Below are positions 49,814 to 60,236 of a stretch of DNA of 64,000 bases, in pieces; position 1 is the first letter of the stretch, and every line of letters begins with the position of its first letter. A program made the position numbers and the translations under genes. The notes under the pieces were generated by a model. The model was not told where the DNA came from, searched no databases, and saw only the letters and a list, made by a program, of their open reading frames with translations. The stretch comes from a virus. The DNA is taken from IMG/VR virus record IMGVR_UViG_3300009503_000022, positions 46,356-110,355 of that record; one strand, written 5' to 3'.

Positions 49814-52075
49814 TTATTGCTCATTTCTTATATTTTGAGCTTGTGTATGCATATTCCATACATCCATTAAATTCTGCAACGGACTTGATTCGGTTCCTTT
49901 CTCATCTACTTGAATTTCAGGTATATTATCTTTACTAGAAATTATCTCTGTACCTTCGGGTTTCTTTTCAGTTCTTATATTCAATATTTCGGCAACTACT
50001 GCTAATCCTTCTTCATTCAAATTCGATAACTTTTCAATCAATTTCTTTTTAAATTCTTCATCTAATGGTTTAACTGTTTCGATATTAGCAATTAATTTAA
50101 CAATATCTTCACTCTTTGCTTTCCTTTCAATCGATTCATTCCTATCTTCTAAAAACTTTATTCTAGCATTTTTCATTTTAATCATATCTTCTAATCTAGA
50201 AATCTTTTCAAAAGCATCATCCAATTTACTTTTTAAATTCAATGCAATTTCGGGTTCAGCAACTGTTCTAGAAGGAAATCTACTATAATAATCTTTTATC
50301 TTTGTTCCATCTGTCCTTGTAGGAATTTTGAGCTTTTTAATTTCATCTTCTCTTATAGATCTTGTTATTTTATCAGGTTTTGCAGGCTCAGTTGCAACTT
50401 CCTCCTGCTTTATTGCAAAAAAGTCATAGGCTTTCCTTCTAAGTGAAGCATTTCTTGGCAACCACTTTAAAAATCCTTCGTATGTTCTACCACATTCTCT
50501 TATAATTTGATCTATAGCTTCATCAACCGAAATTACTTTTTTATCTCCACTAGCTATTCTCTTCTGAATACCAAAAGGTATTATCAAAGATGCTCTTACT
50601 ACTTTTGTTTTTCCGTCGGAACTTTTTGCTACAAAATAAGACTTATCAAAAGTTTCACCCGGAATATATTGTATTGTTAAATCTTTCATAATCTTACTCC
50701 CCTCCTTTATTTGAGTTTCCTCAGTAACCTGAGGTTTCTCTAATTTTAATATTTGTCTATATCTATTTACTTTCTCTATTTCTGATAATTCCTCAGAAAT
50801 CTTTTCAACCAACAATTGTGTTGGATTACCTCTATCAAATAACCTCAACATTTCCTTTTCTTTTACAATCTCAGGTTTTAATTCATAACCATCACCCAAA
50901 ACTATTATCTCTTGCTCTAATTGAGATCGTACAGATTTTGATTCCTTTATTTGCTCAATCTCAACTTCTTCAGATTTTTTCTTTGGTTTTTCTTCTAATT
51001 TCTCATCCTCTTTTTTTGTTCTAAATTTTTCCTCTTCCTTTTCGGTTTTAGGTTTTTCCTCTTCTTTTTCAGTTTTAGGTTTTTCTTTTTCTTTTTTAAC
51101 ATCTTCAGTTTCTTCTAAATTTTTTAACTTATCTGCAAGTTCTTTACTAACTTCTTCTTTAACCAAATTTTTAACAATACTATCCATCTTAGATTCTAAT
51201 AAACTATCAACTATTTCTTCAATCTTATCTTCAAAATCCTCTTCTCTATTATCAATAAGTGCTTTTTTCAAAAATTTATAATCTTTAAACGATATTTTAT
51301 TCATAACAGTTCTTTTCGCCTCCTCTTTTTTATTAGCAATTATAGTATTTGCATAAATATTAGCCGAAGGATCAGCTGGTTGTTTAACACCACTCAATTC
51401 ATTAAATACTATTTTTTTATTAATTTCATAAGCAATCTTTTTTCCATTAAATTCCTTTATGTTTGGATGATCATAAATCTTACCTTTTACAAATTCTGGA
51501 TTAGGCATCGTATGAGCTTCATCTAAATACGGCTTCATGTGTTTACATAATTCATCTTCATTATGTGCAACATTATTACAAATTGGACAAATTGCCTCAG
51601 CACATAAGCATCCCATTGAAACACTTTTAATTTTTCCATTTTTTATTTCTTCACAAATATCTGGACAATCTTTCTTTGACACTGCAACAATACATTCAAC
51701 ATATTCTTTATCGTCAAGAGCATCTGCTTTTACAATTATACCTTTTGCCTTCTCAGGATCATCACTATCATGCTCTATATAAAACCCTTTGCTTATAAAT
51801 GTATTAACTGCAGCTTTTATCTCTTTCCAAGGAAAAAAATCCCCATTTCCATTAGGTCCATATCTTTCACTACCAGAAATTGCTCTACATTTAAAATATA
51901 AAAAATTATCTGTATCAAATTCATTTTGTAAAGTAATATATGATTTAGCATAAGACTCTCGAACAATCTGTTTCCAATTTTGAGCTAAATTAGCAATCTT
52001 CTCAAAACCTAAAACCTTTAATTCACTCTCATCTAATAATTCTATATCGACAAGGCTTCCAATCCTTTTAAACAT
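49814..52075 (-). CDS. prohead protease fused to scaffold-like C-terminus
   Basis: N.NGDFF...EH...SVSMGC...CPIC...C.H...ELSGV..PADP.A; acidic coiled-coil tail with EKPKTEKEE repeats. Confidence 0.8.
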   Translation of the reverse strand: MFKRIGSLVDIELLDESELKVLGFEKIANLAQNWKQIVRESYAKSYITLQNEFDTDNFLYFKCRAISGSERYGPNGNGDFFPWKEIKAAVNTFISKGFYIEHDSDDPEKAKGIIVKADALDDKEYVECIVAVSKKDCPDICEEIKNGKIKSVSMGCLCAEAICPICNNVAHNEDELCKHMKPYLDEAHTMPNPEFVKGKIYDHPNIKEFNGKKIAYEINKKIVFNELSGVKQPADPSANIYANTIIANKKEEAKRTVMNKISFKDYKFLKKALIDNREEDFEDKIEEIVDSLLESKMDSIVKNLVKEEVSKELADKLKNLEETEDVKKEKEKPKTEKEEEKPKTEKEEEKFRTKKEDEKLEEKPKKKSEEVEIEQIKESKSVRSQLEQEIIVLGDGYELKPEIVKEKEMLRLFDRGNPTQLLVEKISEELSEIEKVNRYRQILKLEKPQVTEETQIKEGSKIMKDLTIQYIPGETFDKSYFVAKSSDGKTKVVRASLIIPFGIQKRIASGDKKVISVDEAIDQIIRECGRTYEGFLKWLPRNASLRRKAYDFFAIKQEEVATEPAKPDKITRSIREDEIKKLKIPTRTDGTKIKDYYSRFPSRTVAEPEIALNLKSKLDDAFEKISRLEDMIKMKNARIKFLEDRNESIERKAKSEDIVKLIANIETVKPLDEEFKKKLIEKLSNLNEEGLAVVAEILNIRTEKKPEGTEIISSKDNIPEIQVDEKGTESSPLQNLMDVWNMHTQAQNIRNEQ

Positions 52076-52085
52076 AAATGCCTCC

Positions 52086-52376
52086 TTATTTTTCTTTCTT
52101 ATCCTCGTCTTCGTCTTCGTTTTCTAATTCTTCAGTATCTTCAATATATCCTTCTATTCTATCAACAATCGAATCCGTACCTTCAGTTAAATAACTAAGT
52201 ACATAAGCATCCATATTCCCAGTAATATCATAATCATAAGGTAAATCTTTCATTTCAGATTTAGCAGATTCTAAACTTTCGACTGCTTCATAAATAGAAT
52301 CTATTGCTTCTTGTAACATATTAATAATATTTTCTTTTATATCTTCTATATCTTCTTTTGCATTTATCCATTTCAT
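52086..52376 (-). CDS. acidic helical protein
   Basis: GGAGG RBS; MKWI start. Confidence 0.6.
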   Translation of the reverse strand: MKWINAKEDIEDIKENIINMLQEAIDSIYEAVESLESAKSEMKDLPYDYDITGNMDAYVLSYLTEGTDSIVDRIEGYIEDTEELENEDEDEDKKEK

Positions 52377-52377
52377 A

Positions 52378-52545
52378 TTATTCCTCCTTTCTTTCGTATT
52401 TTAAATCTTCTAAATTATCGATTTTATTTTGTCTTTCTTTTATTTCGTCTTCTAAATCACTAATTTTATCTTCATATTCTTTAATTTGATCTTTTATTTT
52501 ATCTATCTTTTCTAACTTTCTATTATTTAATCTTATTCATTTCAT
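52378..52545 (-). pseudogene. 55-codon coiled-coil gene with in-frame TGA at codon 3 (MK*IRLNNRKLEKIDKIKDQIKEY...)
   Basis: AGGAG RBS, ATG 52545 overlapping the upstream stop, TGA at 52537-52539, then open to TAA at 52378. Confidence 0.55.
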
Positions 52546-52748
52546 AACTTTATCTCCTTTTTACATTTAGGACATTTCATTATAACACGTCCTATTATCA
52601 TTTTTGAACCCTGTCTCAAAATTCCATTTGATGACTGTATAGATAAACCAGCATTACAATAAGGACATTTAACTTCAGTTTCCTTTGATTTATCATATTG
52701 TAAATCAACTTCTATTATTTCTTCTGGACTACCTTTTCTCTTAAACAT
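52542..52748 (-). CDS. Zn-ribbon protein
   Basis: CPYC...CPKC. Confidence 0.7.
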   Translation of the reverse strand: MFKRKGSPEEIIEVDLQYDKSKETEVKCPYCNAGLSIQSSNGILRQGSKMIIGRVIMKCPKCKKEIKL

Positions 52749-52763
52749 CTTAAATTCCTCCTT

Positions 52764-53522
52764 TTAATAATCTTCAACTACCCTTGTATAAGGTTGTCTA
52801 TCCCATTGTATATCAGGATTTGGAGTATTCAAAAATAAATTTCCAGGAAAAGAACTTCTATCTCCAATCTCTACATCCTTATCTGGATTATAATACGAAG
52901 TTGAATCTATTACAATAGCTTTATCATTATCGTACCTAAATGAACAACCACAATCTAAACATTTATAAATTCCACTAACTTGATCTATATTCTTACTTTT
53001 ACATTCAGGACATATTAAATTACTAATACATGGTTCACTATAATTACACCATATACACCAATATTTATTTTTATCTTTAACCATTTCCATATTACATTTT
53101 ATACATAACCTACCATACGATTGATAAAACCTATCTGGCGCTAAACTAATTGTTGAATCATAATCTTTATAAACTTGTCTAAACTCAGAAGGTGAAACTC
53201 TTTTTTCTATACTTACAGGTGATTCTTCCCTATATCTATATGTTTTATTTTTAACTATTTTCATTCTTTTCTTTTGCTCTTCTTTATATCTTTTAGCAAA
53301 TTCTTCATCAACCATACCTTCTTCTTTTGCCTCTTCTTCCATTTTCTCTAATCTAGTATAATAATCAGGAATTTCACATAAATGATCCTTAGCTATTTTT
53401 TCTGCAATCTTTATATCATCTGTATGTTCTAACTCTACTTCTATACCTTTTGATAATTCACTTTCGTCATATTCTACATCTTCTTTATAAGCAGACATCC
53501 CTTGTTGCATAAAATCTTCCAT
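52764..53522 (-). CDS. DUF5661-like domain plus Zn-ribbons
   Basis: ELSKGIEVELEHTDD...A..IA.DHL.E.PDYYTRL; four CxxC motifs. Confidence 0.65.
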   Translation of the reverse strand: MEDFMQQGMSAYKEDVEYDESELSKGIEVELEHTDDIKIAEKIAKDHLCEIPDYYTRLEKMEEEAKEEGMVDEEFAKRYKEEQKKRMKIVKNKTYRYREESPVSIEKRVSPSEFRQVYKDYDSTISLAPDRFYQSYGRLCIKCNMEMVKDKNKYWCIWCNYSEPCISNLICPECKSKNIDQVSGIYKCLDCGCSFRYDNDKAIVIDSTSYYNPDKDVEIGDRSSFPGNLFLNTPNPDIQWDRQPYTRVVEDY

Positions 53523-53717
53523 TCATTCCTCCATACTCTCTATTTCCTCTTGAAGTTTATATAAATACGTATTTAAATTACGTTCTGCTATATTCAATTC
53601 GTTTTCTGATATATCAAAATCCTTTCCTAATGATTTTATATATTCAATATCATTTTTTATTCTAAAAACAACAGAACAAATATTATCAAATATATCTTGA
53701 GCTTCTATTCTCTTCAT
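53523..53717 (-). CDS. small helical protein
   Basis: Tightly packed ORF; MKRIEA start. Confidence 0.55.
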   Translation of the reverse strand: MKRIEAQDIFDNICSVVFRIKNDIEYIKSLGKDFDISENELNIAERNLNTYLYKLQEEIESMEE

Positions 53718-54052
53718 TTTTGCCTAATAGACGGATTAAAATATGGAACTATCCCGTCTTCGTGAAATTGTCCTTGTTTTTCTTCATAAAACTCCAATTT
53801 TAAACTTTTTAACTTTTTTATTGCTTCATCAATCTCATCTTGAGATTCATCTAAAACTCCTAACTCTGTTATAAATTCATAACCCCAAACATCAAAAGGA
53901 TCTCCTAAAGAATCTTTTAATTTATTATGCTCCTTCATTAAATCTTGTAATTGAATAATCTTATTTTTTAAATTAAATAACGAATTAATAACTTTTTCTC
54001 TACTTTCTTCAAAATTTCTTATATCTATAGCTTTTCTTTTTAACCAATCCAT
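53714..54052 (-). CDS. helical protein (start MDWLKRKA)
   Basis: ATG 54052 after GGAGAAGG avoids overlap with portal. Confidence 0.6.
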   Translation of the reverse strand: MDWLKRKAIDIRNFEESREKVINSLFNLKNKIIQLQDLMKEHNKLKDSLGDPFDVWGYEFITELGVLDESQDEIDEAIKKLKSLKLEFYEEKQGQFHEDGIVPYFNPSIRQK

Positions 54053-54065
54053 ACCTTCTCCTTTT

Positions 54066-55847
54066 CTAAATTGCTGGCGTCTCACCTTCTCCCTTTGCAG
54101 GAGGAGGCACTGGTTCTTTCTCCTCTTTTGGTACTTCTGGTTTTGGCGGCAACGGTGATAACGGCTGATGAATCATCTTCTTTTCAGGTTCAAAAATAAC
54201 AGGTTTTTCTACTATACTTTCGCCTTTTTCTTTAATTGTCCACTTTTCTACTTTAGTACCATCTAATATTTGATTTGCTATTTTTTCGTCTCCTGCTTTA
54301 GAATCTCTTACCTTTCTCCATAATGGATCTAATTCTGTAGATTGCTCTTCTTTAAACGCTTGTTTAATTGCATCTAAATCCCAATCAAATAACTCTGCTA
54401 TATATTTAAACGGAATTTCTCCATTTTCTCTTAATCTACCTACAAATTCCATCAATTCTCTATTATTCATCAAATTCATCCTATGCCAAAATATCTTAGG
54501 TATATCATAACCACTTCTTGTTGTTCTAACCCTATGATCAATATCTGCTTGCTTTGGAAGTTTAAAATCTCTAGCTATACAAAGTAAAAATAATACTTTC
54601 TCTGTAAGCTTATTTGCTAACGACTCTCTAAACGTCATATACTTATTCATCAAAACTCTAACACTAATCGCTTGACTTGCATACGGTCCTAATTCACCAT
54701 GAACTACAGCATCATTAACAAATAAACCCACCATATACCTTTTTGCAACAAATTCAAAATGAGGAATCAAATCCATTATTTTATCTCTCCCAACAACATA
54801 ATCAACTTCTACAAAAGGATGTGTTATAATATTATAATCTGGGTCGTTACTAGCTTGTATTAAATGTTGCTCAAATTCTTTATATTTAGAAGGAGGAGGA
54901 ATCCATCCTTTCTCCTTTGATCCTATTTTAAATATCTTAATAGGAAATGCGTGTCTATTTACAAATGTAGTTAATAACATTCTTAACTGATCTTCATACA
55001 ATAAATCTTTTATTACACTTAATACTGGACTTATCCCTCTCGGAGTATATTTATTAGGCCTCCTTGCTAAATGAATCAATCTCTTATTATCAAACATATA
55101 ATTTTTACCAGATTTCATTTTTTCTACAAATTCTGGCATTTCCTGTTCCATTAATTCAATTATTTTTTTATCTATCGGATCACTAGACCTCAACTGCTTT
55201 TTTATATTTTCGTTTGGTTTTATAAAATACACAAAACTTGAAACATACGTAGGTCTAACTTCAACATCTTCTGGAGGATATTGATTAAATGATTCAAATT
55301 CTTTATCATAATCATTCCAATTACCATATAAAAATCCTTCCCCTAATAACCAATGATCTTTTGATATCATAACTAATGTTTCTAACAATTCTTTCCTTTC
55401 CTTAAATTCATTAAAATATTTTGTAATTGCTGGATCAACACATTTAAAATCAAAATCAGATAAAGGAAACTCTGAATGAAGATCTATAATATTTCTAATA
55501 TAAGGATTATATTGATAATAATGTCTTAATCTTCTATTCAATTCACGAATATTATCTTTCGGAAATAACATCAAAACTGGATCAAATAAAGGATCCATAT
55601 ACAACAAAGGAACTCTATCAACCGAAGGAGCAATCGTAAAACTCATATCGGCTGCTTCTCTAGTAAATCCTTCCTTCATTGCTGATTGAATATATTTTTC
55701 TTTTTCAGTTTCTAATTTTGCTTTAGATAATTCAACCTTATCTTTATACGCCTCTCCATCAAAAGAATGCAATGTTGCCTTTCTTCCAATAGTCTTAAGT
55801 TGATCCAATCTCTTTACCATTTCCTTATCTAATTTATCTTTAGACAT
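54066..55847 (-). CDS. portal protein
   Basis: YY..NP.IRNIIDLHSEFP...W.LGE.F...H.AR.....PRG.S.....K.L.Y...P.KI.KIG; upstream of protease. Confidence 0.8.
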   Translation of the reverse strand: MSKDKLDKEMVKRLDQLKTIGRKATLHSFDGEAYKDKVELSKAKLETEKEKYIQSAMKEGFTREAADMSFTIAPSVDRVPLLYMDPLFDPVLMLFPKDNIRELNRRLRHYYQYNPYIRNIIDLHSEFPLSDFDFKCVDPAITKYFNEFKERKELLETLVMISKDHWLLGEGFLYGNWNDYDKEFESFNQYPPEDVEVRPTYVSSFVYFIKPNENIKKQLRSSDPIDKKIIELMEQEMPEFVEKMKSGKNYMFDNKRLIHLARRPNKYTPRGISPVLSVIKDLLYEDQLRMLLTTFVNRHAFPIKIFKIGSKEKGWIPPPSKYKEFEQHLIQASNDPDYNIITHPFVEVDYVVGRDKIMDLIPHFEFVAKRYMVGLFVNDAVVHGELGPYASQAISVRVLMNKYMTFRESLANKLTEKVLFLLCIARDFKLPKQADIDHRVRTTRSGYDIPKIFWHRMNLMNNRELMEFVGRLRENGEIPFKYIAELFDWDLDAIKQAFKEEQSTELDPLWRKVRDSKAGDEKIANQILDGTKVEKWTIKEKGESIVEKPVIFEPEKKMIHQPLSPLPPKPEVPKEEKEPVPPPAKGEGETPAI

Positions 55848-55874
55848 CGTTTACCTCTTTATTCAAATTCTTTT

Positions 55875-57257
55875 TTATATCTCTTTACCATACTGATATC
55901 TTTCTTTATAAAAATATTTAGATAAACCTTCCTCTGTTAATCCATAAAGATTATTATCTTCACCTTTTATTGAATCAGGAGTTACAATTTCATTCCCTAT
56001 AATAGAAAATATAAGAAGTCCTAATTTTTCATTTAATTTCTCAGGTAATGTATTATCCTTAATTTTTAACAATACTGATACTAATGCATTTGCATCAAAA
56101 AATCTTTCTCTTGTTTGTTCATCTACATCAATAGTTTTTTCTATTTCTTTAATAACTTCAATAGAAGTATATTTAAAACTTTGAACACTTAATTCAAAAC
56201 TTTGTAAAGAATCATTTTTCTCTCTTATATATCCTAAAATTTTATCTACTATATCAGCGGGTATTGTTTCTTTTCTCATTTCTTTTACATTTTTCTCAAA
56301 ATATTCACTTGGTGTAACTTCTTTAATTTCTTCTTCAAATGGCTTTTTTATTTCTTTTTCTTCTTCTTTCTCGACTTTTTCTTGCATTATTCTCTCAATA
56401 TCTTCTTCTCCTTCTGGCGTCATCTTTTCAACATCAGGACCTGCTTTTATTTCAATATAAGCTTTAACTAATTCATTATATTCTTTATCATTTATATCAC
56501 CATTTAACTTAGCCTGTAATATTAAATTTTCTATCTGTTCTCCATTTAAATCTTCATAATGATTATAAATATAATTATCTAAATTTATAAATTTTTCATT
56601 ATCACTTGCAGTCAAATGAATTTCGTGCTTTGGTTCACTCAAATTTTGTTTTGGAAATTCTTTTAACTTATCTATTGTCACTGGCCTATCCCAATAATTT
56701 GCTCCTGTAGTTATTTTATCTAACTTTTCTCTTGCTTCTTCTAATTTATTAAAATAAAAACATTCCTCTCTATTTATATCACCTTTCTGTCCAAATATAG
56801 AATATCCTAAATTATACGGCATTATAAAATAATAATCAAATTCCTTATCTTTTGAAACTCCCCAACCATAATTAATCCCAGGAATAGTTGCAGGAACATC
56901 TAATACCTTATCTACATTCATCCAATCTTCAACAGAAACTCCTGTCAACCTTTTAAAAACCTCTCTAATAGAAACTAAAGGATAACCTAAAGATAAAAGC
57001 CAATCTTCAATGTATTTATAACCATATTTCCCTTCTTCAATAAGTTGACGCATATTTTCTTCTAATTCAATAGTCTCATTTTTTAATCCTGATCCACTAT
57101 ATTCTATATGATTTAAAGTCCTTGAAATATCCTTAACTCCTTGAATTGCGGACTTCCTTTTTATTTTTTGTATTTCTGGATCAGCATCTTCTACTTCATT
57201 TTCTCCAGCATCAATAAAAAGATCACTAAATTGGTTATCTTTCATTTCAAATTTCAT
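55875..57257 (-). CDS. acidic hypothetical protein, probable head component
   Basis: Adjacent to portal; IKRKSA and IEIKA linker-like motifs. Confidence 0.55.
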   Translation of the reverse strand: MKFEMKDNQFSDLFIDAGENEVEDADPEIQKIKRKSAIQGVKDISRTLNHIEYSGSGLKNETIELEENMRQLIEEGKYGYKYIEDWLLSLGYPLVSIREVFKRLTGVSVEDWMNVDKVLDVPATIPGINYGWGVSKDKEFDYYFIMPYNLGYSIFGQKGDINREECFYFNKLEEAREKLDKITTGANYWDRPVTIDKLKEFPKQNLSEPKHEIHLTASDNEKFINLDNYIYNHYEDLNGEQIENLILQAKLNGDINDKEYNELVKAYIEIKAGPDVEKMTPEGEEDIERIMQEKVEKEEEKEIKKPFEEEIKEVTPSEYFEKNVKEMRKETIPADIVDKILGYIREKNDSLQSFELSVQSFKYTSIEVIKEIEKTIDVDEQTRERFFDANALVSVLLKIKDNTLPEKLNEKLGLLIFSIIGNEIVTPDSIKGEDNNLYGLTEEGLSKYFYKERYQYGKEI

Positions 57258-57274
57258 TTTATCCCTCTCCTTTT

Positions 57275-57526
57275 TTATTTTTTATCTTTTTTAATCAAAC
57301 CAAAAGTATGTGAAATACTAAATATTTCTCCTGATTCATCTAAATCTCTTATTATTCTAGTATCAAAATCTATAAACTTATCATTAAGTTCTTTCATATC
57401 AATTCCCATTTTTTTTGCAATCTTTTCCTTAAAATTCTTACTATCTATATCCATAATTTTATTTATTATATATCTCGTAAAAGTTTTTTTATCTTCTATT
57501 TCTTTTTTATCTACCATTTTTATCAC
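57275..57526 (-). CDS. hypothetical protein
   Basis: Tightly packed ORF. Confidence 0.5.
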   Translation of the reverse strand: MIKMVDKKEIEDKKTFTRYIINKIMDIDSKNFKEKIAKKMGIDMKELNDKFIDFDTRIIRDLDESGEIFSISHTFGLIKKDKK

Positions 57527-57777
57527 CTTGATATTAATTTTATTGTACCATCTTCAAATAAATTCGGAACACCAATCAATTTAGATAAAGAATCATAAGA
57601 ACCAACTAAATAATTAATCCTACTTTCTGCTTGTTTTCTTTCTGCTGTTATTGCTTCTATTCTTTGAACTAATTCAATTATTTCTTTTTTAATGTCTTCT
57701 AATTGCTTTTGTATCTTAACCTTTTGTTCCTCAGATGTAATTAAAATTTCTTTTTTTTCAAATTCTTTTTCTTTCAT
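57523..57777 (-). CDS. coiled-coil hypothetical protein
   Basis: GGAGG RBS; heptads. Confidence 0.6.
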   Translation of the reverse strand: MKEKEFEKKEILITSEEQKVKIQKQLEDIKKEIIELVQRIEAITAERKQAESRINYLVGSYDSLSKLIGVPNLFEDGTIKLISR

Positions 57778-57796
57778 TTCTTATTCCTCCTTTTTT

Positions 57797-60145
57797 CTAC
57801 TTAAATAAATTTAATTCATTATCTATATTCATCAATTCATCTTTAGATACAATATATTTACGATTAAATCTTGAATCTCTTACTAAATAATTTCCATCTT
57901 CTTTTTTCTCTAAAATCTTTACTTTAAGATTACCTTGATCTGTAATTAACATAGCTTCAGAATTAATTTTTAAATCTTGCGTAATATCAATCCCAACAGA
58001 TTCAGGCTTAGTAGTTGGATAAGGTCCAAATACTTGAGATGGAACCATATCCCTATTTTCAAATAATACAGAAACATCATCTGGTTTATTATATGGTTTA
58101 TCTGACTCGTACATAGTTCCATATACCTCTTTCATAATATCATCTACAATCTTTTCATCTAATTCTGGCCTTTCTTTTTTCAAATCCTCTCTTTTCCAAC
58201 CTTTTTCTTTTACTATTTTTATTAATTCTTTACGTTCGTTTGGTCCAATATATTCTTCTTGTCTTTTCAAAGACAAATCTCTAAATCTTCCAGTTCCTCT
58301 TGGAGGTAAATCTTCTACTGTTTCAACTTTATCTTCTGGAAATCTCATTTTATGCCTAATTAACCTTTCCTCATCTGACAAAGGTCTTCCACCTCTACCA
58401 GGCCATATTCCTCTTCCGATACCTCTGCCTTTTCCCCAAGGCCCTGTCCCATCAGGAATTCCTGGTATTATACCTGATTCTTTATTTAATGAAGCTTCTT
58501 TAATTATAGAATCTGGATCTCTTCTTATTTTCTCCCAATCTATCATATCAATTGGTACATATTCACCTGCATCTATATCCCATATCGCTAATTCATGAGA
58601 ATAATATTCTGGCCAATACATTGCTTCTTTACCATTTTTTAAAGTAACTATATCAACACCATCTAATTCTAACGTTTCTATATCAAAAACCTTAGTCCCT
58701 GCTTCTTCACTAGTTTTTTCCCAATCAATCTCATCTAGATCTACAATTCTATTTGTTCCTATTTCTGTAAAAATATGACGACCTACAAAGATATCATATT
58801 TAGCTCCTTTTTCATATAATCCATAATTTCCATTTTTTAAAGGGACTTTCCAACCTGTTTGTAGATCTTCAATTGATTCTATTTTTTGAGATTGTTTTTG
58901 TAATGAAGCTATAGTTCTAAAATCTAAATCCCAATTTCCTTTACCATACTTTTCATCCATATATTTTCTAATTAAATCTAAATATTCTTCTTGAATTTCA
59001 TAATATATATTATGAGACAATAAAATCATAACTTTACCATCTTTTTTTGTAACACTAATAACTTTAACATCAGGTTCGAATCTATCAATAAATTCTTGTA
59101 TTATTGCTTTATCTTTTATTAATTCTTCTTCTCGTGATTCTTTTTGTAATGAAGATTTCTTTTTAGCTTTCTCAATTGCTTCATCAGCATACTCTTCCAT
59201 AAGCTCATCATCTAATTTGTATAAAAATTCTTCCCACATTTCATTAGTAAATTCTGGATATTTTTTAAATACATATTCCTTTATAATAGGAACTGTTTCA
59301 TAAATAACATCTAGATAAAACGCACCTTCAGGATCAATTGTATCTACAGGATCAACTTTAGTTATTTTCTTAAAATTAATAACCACATCACTAACAGCTT
59401 CATCTATCATTACCCATTCATCTCTACTCAATTGAGATTTTTTGTTTAACGAAGATTCCCTTTCTGTTTCAAAAAGTTGAGAATAATAATTCTTCCACCA
59501 ATCTAAAGATTCCAAATCAGATTCATATCGTGTAAGCATATTAATTACTTCATTACGAATTTCTTTTAAATCGTGTCTAATTTTTTCTACATATCTAACT
59601 ATTTTATTAGCCATTCTTCTAGCTTCATCTAAATCTCTTATATTCTTTTTAAGATCTTCAATAAATCTTCGTTTTTCCTCATCATCAACTTCACTATCCT
59701 TAATTTCATCAGCATATTCTAAAAATTCTTCTACTTCATATAAAAATCCTTGTATAGAATCTAAATCACCAATTATATATCCAAAATCTGGTTTTATTAC
59801 AAACCAACCACCCATTCTTCCTTCTTGATACCAATCTTCTATCCAATCATATTTTATAAGTAAATACTCACCCAAACTTTCAACTCTTCTTGAAGCTTCA
59901 TATATTACTGGATCTTCATCATAATATTCTATTTTATTTAAAATTTCTTCAGGAATTTCAAGACCATATACTTTTATATCAAATTCAAAAGAATTTTCTA
60001 CATGAGCACCAATTCTATCTGCAATACCATCTCCTATATAATAAATTAATTCGTCTTCGCTTATATCTTTTAAATCTCCTAATATACTTTCTATCTCTTT
60101 TTTTCCTTTTTCTAACTTTTCTATTAAAAATTTTAAATCATCCAT
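57797..60145 (-). CDS. modular polyprotein-like protein with four SL-x-K-x-S linkers
   Basis: SSLNKKSQ, SSLQKESR, ASLQKQSQ, ASLNKESG; duplicated LKNG...IDWEK module; PDGTGP Gly/Arg motif. Confidence 0.7.
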   Translation of the reverse strand: MDDLKFLIEKLEKGKKEIESILGDLKDISEDELIYYIGDGIADRIGAHVENSFEFDIKVYGLEIPEEILNKIEYYDEDPVIYEASRRVESLGEYLLIKYDWIEDWYQEGRMGGWFVIKPDFGYIIGDLDSIQGFLYEVEEFLEYADEIKDSEVDDEEKRRFIEDLKKNIRDLDEARRMANKIVRYVEKIRHDLKEIRNEVINMLTRYESDLESLDWWKNYYSQLFETERESSLNKKSQLSRDEWVMIDEAVSDVVINFKKITKVDPVDTIDPEGAFYLDVIYETVPIIKEYVFKKYPEFTNEMWEEFLYKLDDELMEEYADEAIEKAKKKSSLQKESREEELIKDKAIIQEFIDRFEPDVKVISVTKKDGKVMILLSHNIYYEIQEEYLDLIRKYMDEKYGKGNWDLDFRTIASLQKQSQKIESIEDLQTGWKVPLKNGNYGLYEKGAKYDIFVGRHIFTEIGTNRIVDLDEIDWEKTSEEAGTKVFDIETLELDGVDIVTLKNGKEAMYWPEYYSHELAIWDIDAGEYVPIDMIDWEKIRRDPDSIIKEASLNKESGIIPGIPDGTGPWGKGRGIGRGIWPGRGGRPLSDEERLIRHKMRFPEDKVETVEDLPPRGTGRFRDLSLKRQEEYIGPNERKELIKIVKEKGWKREDLKKERPELDEKIVDDIMKEVYGTMYESDKPYNKPDDVSVLFENRDMVPSQVFGPYPTTKPESVGIDITQDLKINSEAMLITDQGNLKVKILEKKEDGNYLVRDSRFNRKYIVSKDELMNIDNELNLFK

Positions 60146-60236
60146 ATCTACTCCTTTTTCTAATAATTTTCTATTTATCTTTTGTTAAAATTATGTTTTT
60201 TCTTCATCATCTTATCTTCTATTTAATGAAGATTTT

